Assembly (NCBI GenBank): GCA_918797485.1
Contig: CAKKNE010000005.1
Location: forward strand, 2,976,001 to 3,040,000
Length of the DNA stretch: 64,000 nt
Direction of reading: 5' to 3'
Source of the DNA: Pelagomonas calceolata
Taxonomy: Eukaryota
This document shows positions 63,183 through 64,000 of this stretch, one piece after another. The notes below the pieces were generated by a model. It made no database searches, was not told where the DNA came from, and worked only from the letters and a program-made list of their open reading frames with translations. Position numbers and translations under genes: made by a program. How positions within the stretch are numbered: the first letter of the stretch is position 1; each line of letters starts with the position of its first letter.

Positions 63183-63205
63183 GCTAGTGTCTTACAGCCG
63201 CTAGC
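63183..63205 (-). promoter_or_regulatory. 24-bp intergenic motif copy
   Basis: Reverse complement GCTAGCGGCTGTAAGACACTAGC. Confidence 0.65.
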
Positions 63206-63258
63206 AATTTCCCTCGCGCCGGAGCCCTGGAACCGGCAGACAGTTGAAAAACCGCTAC

Positions 63259-64000
63259 TTAGTACTGCTGCTCCTTGAGGACCTGCGCGAGCATGTCGTT
63301 TCGCGCGGCCAACTGCTTCCGGGCCGCGTCCCGCTCCCGGAGCGCCTCGTCGCGTTCGCGTCGGAGCGTCGCGACTTCTGCGCGCGCGGCGTCGCGCTCC
63401 CGGCCCCTCTGGCGCAGGCGCGCTCCGGCGTCCTGCAGCTGCTCCAGGAGGTTGTCGTCGGGATCGCGATCGCGGAAACGCCAGTGCCCCCGCCGCGGCG
63501 CGGGCGCCTCAGGCTCCGGCGGTCGCGGTCGTGGCGGCGCGGGCGCTCGAGGCTCCGGCGGTCGCGGGCGCGGCAGCGCGGGCGCCTCCGGCACTGGTGC
63601 TCGCGGTCGCGGCGGCGCGGGCGCCTGAGACGCTGGAGGTCGCGGCGGCGCCGCGGCAGGAGCCGGAGAGTTGGTCGTGCGGGCGCGTTTCGCGGGCGGC
63701 GGTCCCGTCGAGCTCCTTCTCGTCTTCGGCACCGCCTGCTCTTCCCCCTCGCGCGGGAAATTCACCGGCCGATTCAACTCCCGTGCTCGCTTGTCGTAGG
63801 CTGCGGCGGCTTCTACGGGCGAGTAGTAGTTGCCCAAATACTCCGTCTCGCCGTCGACGCCGATGTTCGCGGACCACGACGTGTTTTCCCGACGAGCATC
63901 AATGCTCACACCGACGTACTTTTTATGTACCGTCTGGGGCGTGCAACTCAGCGCAGCCGGCGGCCCCGTGAACTCAACACCGTCGAAGCATTGCTCCTCC
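63259..64000 (-). CDS. AP2-domain + coiled-coil protein, 5' end outside the window; tandem paralog of the adjacent gene
   Basis: KYVGVS..WSANI..YLGNY..AAAAYDKRARELNRPVNFP. Confidence 0.85.
   Translation of the reverse strand, partial: EEQCFDGVEFTGPPAALSCTPQTVHKKYVGVSIDARRENTSWSANIGVDGETEYLGNYYSPVEAAAAYDKRARELNRPVNFPREGEEQAVPKTRRSSTGPPPAKRARTTNSPAPAAAPPRPPASQAPAPPRPRAPVPEAPALPRPRPPEPRAPAPPRPRPPEPEAPAPRRGHWRFRDRDPDDNLLEQLQDAGARLRQRGRERDAARAEVATLRRERDEALRERDAARKQLAARNDMLAQVLKEQQY

Noticed and set aside
4298..63205. 24-bp motif as a CRISPR repeat
   Set aside because: Copies are kilobases apart in both orientations, with no spacer array and no cas genes, in a eukaryotic context
52442..64000. Telomeric repeats or a telomerase RNA template near TERT
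   Set aside because: No TTAGGG-type arrays or convincing CTAACCCT-like template seen by eye

Overview
GC-rich, gene-dense eukaryotic nuclear DNA. It carries cytosolic HSP90, CK1, Rpn8, VPS13-like and AP2 genes, spliceosomal introns and bipartite plastid presequences. My inference is a photosynthetic stramenopile, probably a pelagophyte (Pelagomonas/Aureococcus-like); this is not proven. About 35 coding loci can be supported. Highlights: (1) a telomerase reverse transcriptase (53901-56387, minus) in which an RPA1-like OB fold appears to replace the TEN domain, the T-motif FYxTE signature is missing, and a TIR/TSD Introner splits the gene; (2) almost all detectable introns belong to one Introner-like family, from intact to decayed; (3) a 24-bp CTAG-bounded motif occurs about 10 times, always intergenic and upstream of start codons, and a second motif plus a 155-bp dispersed element follow stop codons; (4) several chimeric genes: half-AMT fused to AP2+RING, a histone-H4-tail-like nucleoside hydrolase, and an mTERF fused to a second plastid protein; (5) small ORFs abutting downstream genes via TGA-G-ATG or ATGA; (6) bacterial-type nadE and trmA, a signal-peptide-bearing proteasome alpha-like subunit, and a compact plastid-type ACCase with no visible presequence. 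All family calls come from motif recognition by eye; no database searches were run.
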